Positions 61,351 to 64,000 of a stretch of 64,000 bases of DNA are shown here, piece by piece. The notes under the pieces were generated by a model. The model made no database searches and was not told the origin of the DNA. It saw only the letters and a program-made list of their open reading frames with translations. The DNA is taken from positions 2,976,001 through 3,040,000 of the forward strand of contig OZ255721.1 in assembly GCA_965277285.1 (NCBI GenBank), written 5' to 3'. Origin of the DNA: Abditibacteriaceae bacterium (GTDB taxonomy: Bacteria > Armatimonadota > Abditibacteriia > Abditibacteriales > Abditibacteriaceae). Each line of letters begins with the position of its first letter. The stretch's first letter is position 1. A program made the position numbers and the translations under genes.

Positions 61351-62100
61351 ATGGAAACCGAAAAAATTCCCGTTTCAAACGTGTCGTCTATAGCGGCGCT
61401 CATTCCTGTGGACGCTTCTTCAACCGACGCTTCTTCAACCGACGCTTCTTCAACCGACGCTTCTTCAACCGACGCTTCTCTGGCGAGTGTTTCCGTTGCG
61501 GTGGCTTCCGTACGTGGTCGTAAGACTTCTTCCAAGCTGGTGCATCGCGTTCACGCTTTGCCGTCTTTGTCGGTTGTCGTGCGCGATTTGCAGGCGGCAG
61601 ATGGCCGACATCTGGAATGGCATGGCGCCGAAGATTTGCGCGATTGGTACCAAACGCAGTGGGAAAATCACGAGAGCGGCCAGGTGCGCGTTCTCATCGC
61701 CGATTTCAACGGCTTTCCGATTGGGCAAAGCGCCATTCACTGGCATGGAAAACCGACGCATCCGCTTGTTCCCGATTTGCAATCGTTGCGCGTGATGCAC
61801 GCTTTTCGCGGCTTGGGATTGGGAACTTTGCTGCTCGATTGCGCCGAACAACTTGTCGCGCGAAGCGGACACGCGCAAATTAGCCTGGCGGTTGGTGTAC
61901 AAAATCCACGCGCCCGCACACTTTACGAACGTTTGGGATATAACACTTTCGGCGAAGCCTACGACGACGAATGGACATATCGCAACGCGCGCGGCGAAAC
62001 TTGCACAGCGTGTGAAACCGTTTTCGACATGGTGAAAAACTTGCCAATGCCCAACGTCGAACACGATGGCGAATTGAGTACTCGATTGCCAAGAAAGTGA
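61351..62100 (+). CDS. GNAT N-acetyltransferase
   Basis: LRVMHAFRGLGLGTLL, NPRARTLYERLGY, and N-terminal DASST x4 (15-bp tandem, 61411-61479). Confidence 0.88.
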   Translation: METEKIPVSNVSSIAALIPVDASSTDASSTDASSTDASSTDASLASVSVAVASVRGRKTSSKLVHRVHALPSLSVVVRDLQAADGRHLEWHGAEDLRDWYQTQWENHESGQVRVLIADFNGFPIGQSAIHWHGKPTHPLVPDLQSLRVMHAFRGLGLGTLLLDCAEQLVARSGHAQISLAVGVQNPRARTLYERLGYNTFGEAYDDEWTYRNARGETCTACETVFDMVKNLPMPNVEHDGELSTRLPRK

Positions 62101-62107
62101 AAGCGCC

Positions 62108-62569
62108 ATGAAGATCGTAATTCAGCGTTGCCAGTCGGCGCGCGTCGAAGTCGAAGGCGAAGTCGTCGGGCAAATCGCGCAGGGCTTGGCGATTTTTGTC
62201 GGCATCGAGGACGGCGACGAGGAAAGCGAACTGGCGAAAATGGCGCGCAAAATCGTTGCATTGCGCATCTTTGACAACGATGAAGGGCGTTTCGACCTTT
62301 CCGTGATTGACATTGGCGGCGAGATTTTAGCAATTTCCAATTTTACGTTGTGCGGTCAAACTTCCAAAGGCGCGCGCCCCAATTTTAGTGGCGCCGCAAA
62401 GCCCGCTTTCGCACAGCCCGCCTTCGAGCACTTTGTTACACTTTTGTGCGCCCACAACGTCGCGGTGCAAACCGGAACGTTTGGTGCTCACATGAAAGTC
62501 CAGGTCGAAAACGACGGACCTGTGACAATGGTTTTAGAAACCACAAAACGTGGCGAAAAGGGTTCGTGA
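62108..62569 (+). CDS. dtd: D-aminoacyl-tRNA deacylase
   Basis: MKIVIQRC, LRIF, SNFTL, FGAHMKV...NDGPVT. Confidence 0.95.
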   Translation: MKIVIQRCQSARVEVEGEVVGQIAQGLAIFVGIEDGDEESELAKMARKIVALRIFDNDEGRFDLSVIDIGGEILAISNFTLCGQTSKGARPNFSGAAKPAFAQPAFEHFVTLLCAHNVAVQTGTFGAHMKVQVENDGPVTMVLETTKRGEKGS

Positions 62570-62622
62570 ATCGCCTTTTCGAGTACTCGATTTGTACAAT
62601 TGCAACTTGTGCCATTTGTTCC

Positions 62623-63711
62623 ATGACAAAAAATGACGCAGCAGAAAATGACTCACTGATGAACGAACGATCTCTCAACTCCGCCGAAGAAGCGTGTCTG
62701 GAAGACCATTTAAGCGACCGTTTGGGCGACCACCTGGGTGACGCGCTCGAAATGGACGGCCAGCAAAGCGACGAAAATACTGGCGACGAAATTAATGGCG
62801 ACGGCGATGTGAACGACCACAACGTGAACGACGGCGATGTGAACGACCACAACGTGAACGACGGCGATGTGAACGACCACAACGTGAACGACCACAACGA
62901 CGCCGAGCACGCCGACAACTTCGGTTCTATGGCGGTGGAAAACGGCTTTCGCGGCATTGGTTATGGCGGCGACCGCGATCCGCAAGAAGTCTTGCAGGAA
63001 TACCGTGAGGCGGCGCGTGCTAATCCCGAATCGGCCATACATCAAGCTGACCTCGCCGAAGGTTACGCTGCTGCCGACCAGCCGCATAAAGCCCTGCGCC
63101 AATATCAACGCGCTTTGCAAACGCAGCGCGAAAATGGTCAGGAAGAAATGCCGGACGCGCACCTGGGCATCGGCGATTTATGTCGCACTTTCGCGCTTAG
63201 TGCCGCTGCGGTTCGCTCTTATGAGCGCGCGGTGCGTTTGCGTCCTCAGCGCCCGTATTACCGCTGGAAATTGGCGGTTGCGCTGGCCGCAATGGGGCTT
63301 TATGAACAATCGGTGGCGCAGATGAGCAAGGCGATTGAATACGCGCCGCGCGACACGTATTATCGTTTTCAATTGGCCGATGTTTATCTGTTGATGGGGC
63401 GTGAAGACGACGCGATTTGCGAATTGCAGCGCGTTGTCGAACTGGCGCCGCGCGACGATTATTATCGCTTGCGATTGGGCGCCGCCTTATTGAGACGCGA
63501 GCGCACCAATGAAGCTGTTTTGCAGTTTGAGCGCGCCGTACAATTGCAGCCCGAAAACGCGTCTTATTGGACATTGTTGCGCTACGCTTACACGCGCAAC
63601 GATCAGGCACCGGCGATTTCGGTCGATGTCGACATGATCTCGCTGGGCGCCTACGATGAAGATTTCGTGCGACGCATTCAACGTCTGGCCGGCGAAACGG
63701 CTCTTTCCTGA
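62623..63711 (+). CDS. TPR-repeat protein with acidic low-complexity N-terminus
   Basis: Repeated Y...LA..L..G..A......A....P units, and DGDVNDHNVN x3 (30-bp tandem, 62800-62889). Confidence 0.85.
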   Translation: MTKNDAAENDSLMNERSLNSAEEACLEDHLSDRLGDHLGDALEMDGQQSDENTGDEINGDGDVNDHNVNDGDVNDHNVNDGDVNDHNVNDHNDAEHADNFGSMAVENGFRGIGYGGDRDPQEVLQEYREAARANPESAIHQADLAEGYAAADQPHKALRQYQRALQTQRENGQEEMPDAHLGIGDLCRTFALSAAAVRSYERAVRLRPQRPYYRWKLAVALAAMGLYEQSVAQMSKAIEYAPRDTYYRFQLADVYLLMGREDDAICELQRVVELAPRDDYYRLRLGAALLRRERTNEAVLQFERAVQLQPENASYWTLLRYAYTRNDQAPAISVDVDMISLGAYDEDFVRRIQRLAGETALS

Positions 63712-63750
63712 ACTTCGAGTACTCGAATAACGCGCAACTGGTCAAACAGC

Positions 63751-63779
63751 TTGACGTGACGCGTTGTTTAAGCGATAAT
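63751..63779 (+). promoter_or_regulatory. Sigma70-type promoter of the tRNA gene
   Basis: TTGACG-N17-GATAAT, ending 13 bp before the tRNA. Confidence 0.7.
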
Positions 63780-63792
63780 TTGAAGCCGTTGT

Positions 63793-63865
63793 GCCACCTT
63801 AGCTCAGTTGGTAGAGCATCGCATTCGTAATGCGAGGGTCGCCGGTTCGAGTCCGGCAGGTGGCT
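63793..63865 (+). tRNA. tRNA-Thr(CGT)
   Basis: Acceptor stem GCCACCT/AGGTGGC, D-arm AGCTCAGTTGGTAGAGC, anticodon arm TCGCA-TTCGTAA-TGCGA, T-loop GGTTCGAGTCC. CCA is not encoded. Confidence 0.97.
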
Positions 63866-63878
63866 TGCAAATTAGCAG

Positions 63879-63915
63879 AAAAGCCCGAATCTCTATGAAT
63901 GAGATTTGGGCTTTT
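63879..63915 (+). terminator. Terminator after tRNA-Thr
   Basis: AAAAGCCCGAATCTC-loop-GAGATTTGGGCTTTT. Confidence 0.75.
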
Positions 63916-63956
63916 GTTGTTTCGGAAATATTCACGGGCAAACGAGGAGCACATTC

Positions 63957-64000
63957 CAGAACCCCGAACGTAAGTGAGGGGCTGAGTGGCAGTTACGTTA
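63957..64000. repeat. Left arm of a family B palindrome (truncated by the window end)
   Basis: CAGAACCCCGAACGTAAGTGAGGGGCTGA resembles the 17771 and 51037 arms. Confidence 0.6.

Noticed and set aside
61163..61479. Possible CRISPR array
   Set aside because: The units are head-to-tail 14- and 15-bp repeats with no spacers, and no cas genes are present.
63793..64000. tRNA-anchored genomic island
   Set aside because: No integrase or duplicated tRNA 3' end is visible before the window ends.

Overview
A roughly 55% GC bacterial chromosomal segment made mostly of housekeeping genes: gap, yvcK-rapZ, uvrC, mutL, purB, prmA-rsmE, sodA, hslV, rbsK, tkt, dtd and tRNA-Thr(CGT). It carries a UBact/Pup-proteasome locus (dop, UBact, prcB, prcA, pafA) that is interrupted by a P450 plus two acyltransferase genes and by a decayed GxxExxY element. 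The gene content suggests an Armatimonadota/Abditibacteriota-like organism (inference). The most striking signal is the 12-bp palindrome TCGAGTACTCGA (consensus W-TCGAGTACTCGA-W). By eye I count 50 perfect and 13 one-mismatch copies, about one per kb. They occur both between genes and in-frame inside conserved genes, read as RVLE/D, SSTR or xEYSx. Spacing is unusually even (no gap under about 285 bp), and an orphan DNA methyltransferase has an extended copy just upstream of its start codon. This resembles a HIP1-like genome-wide DNA code. At least five families of REP/MITE-like palindromes, some nested inside each other, fill the intergenic regions. All counts and start codons were read manually, and no database searches were run.
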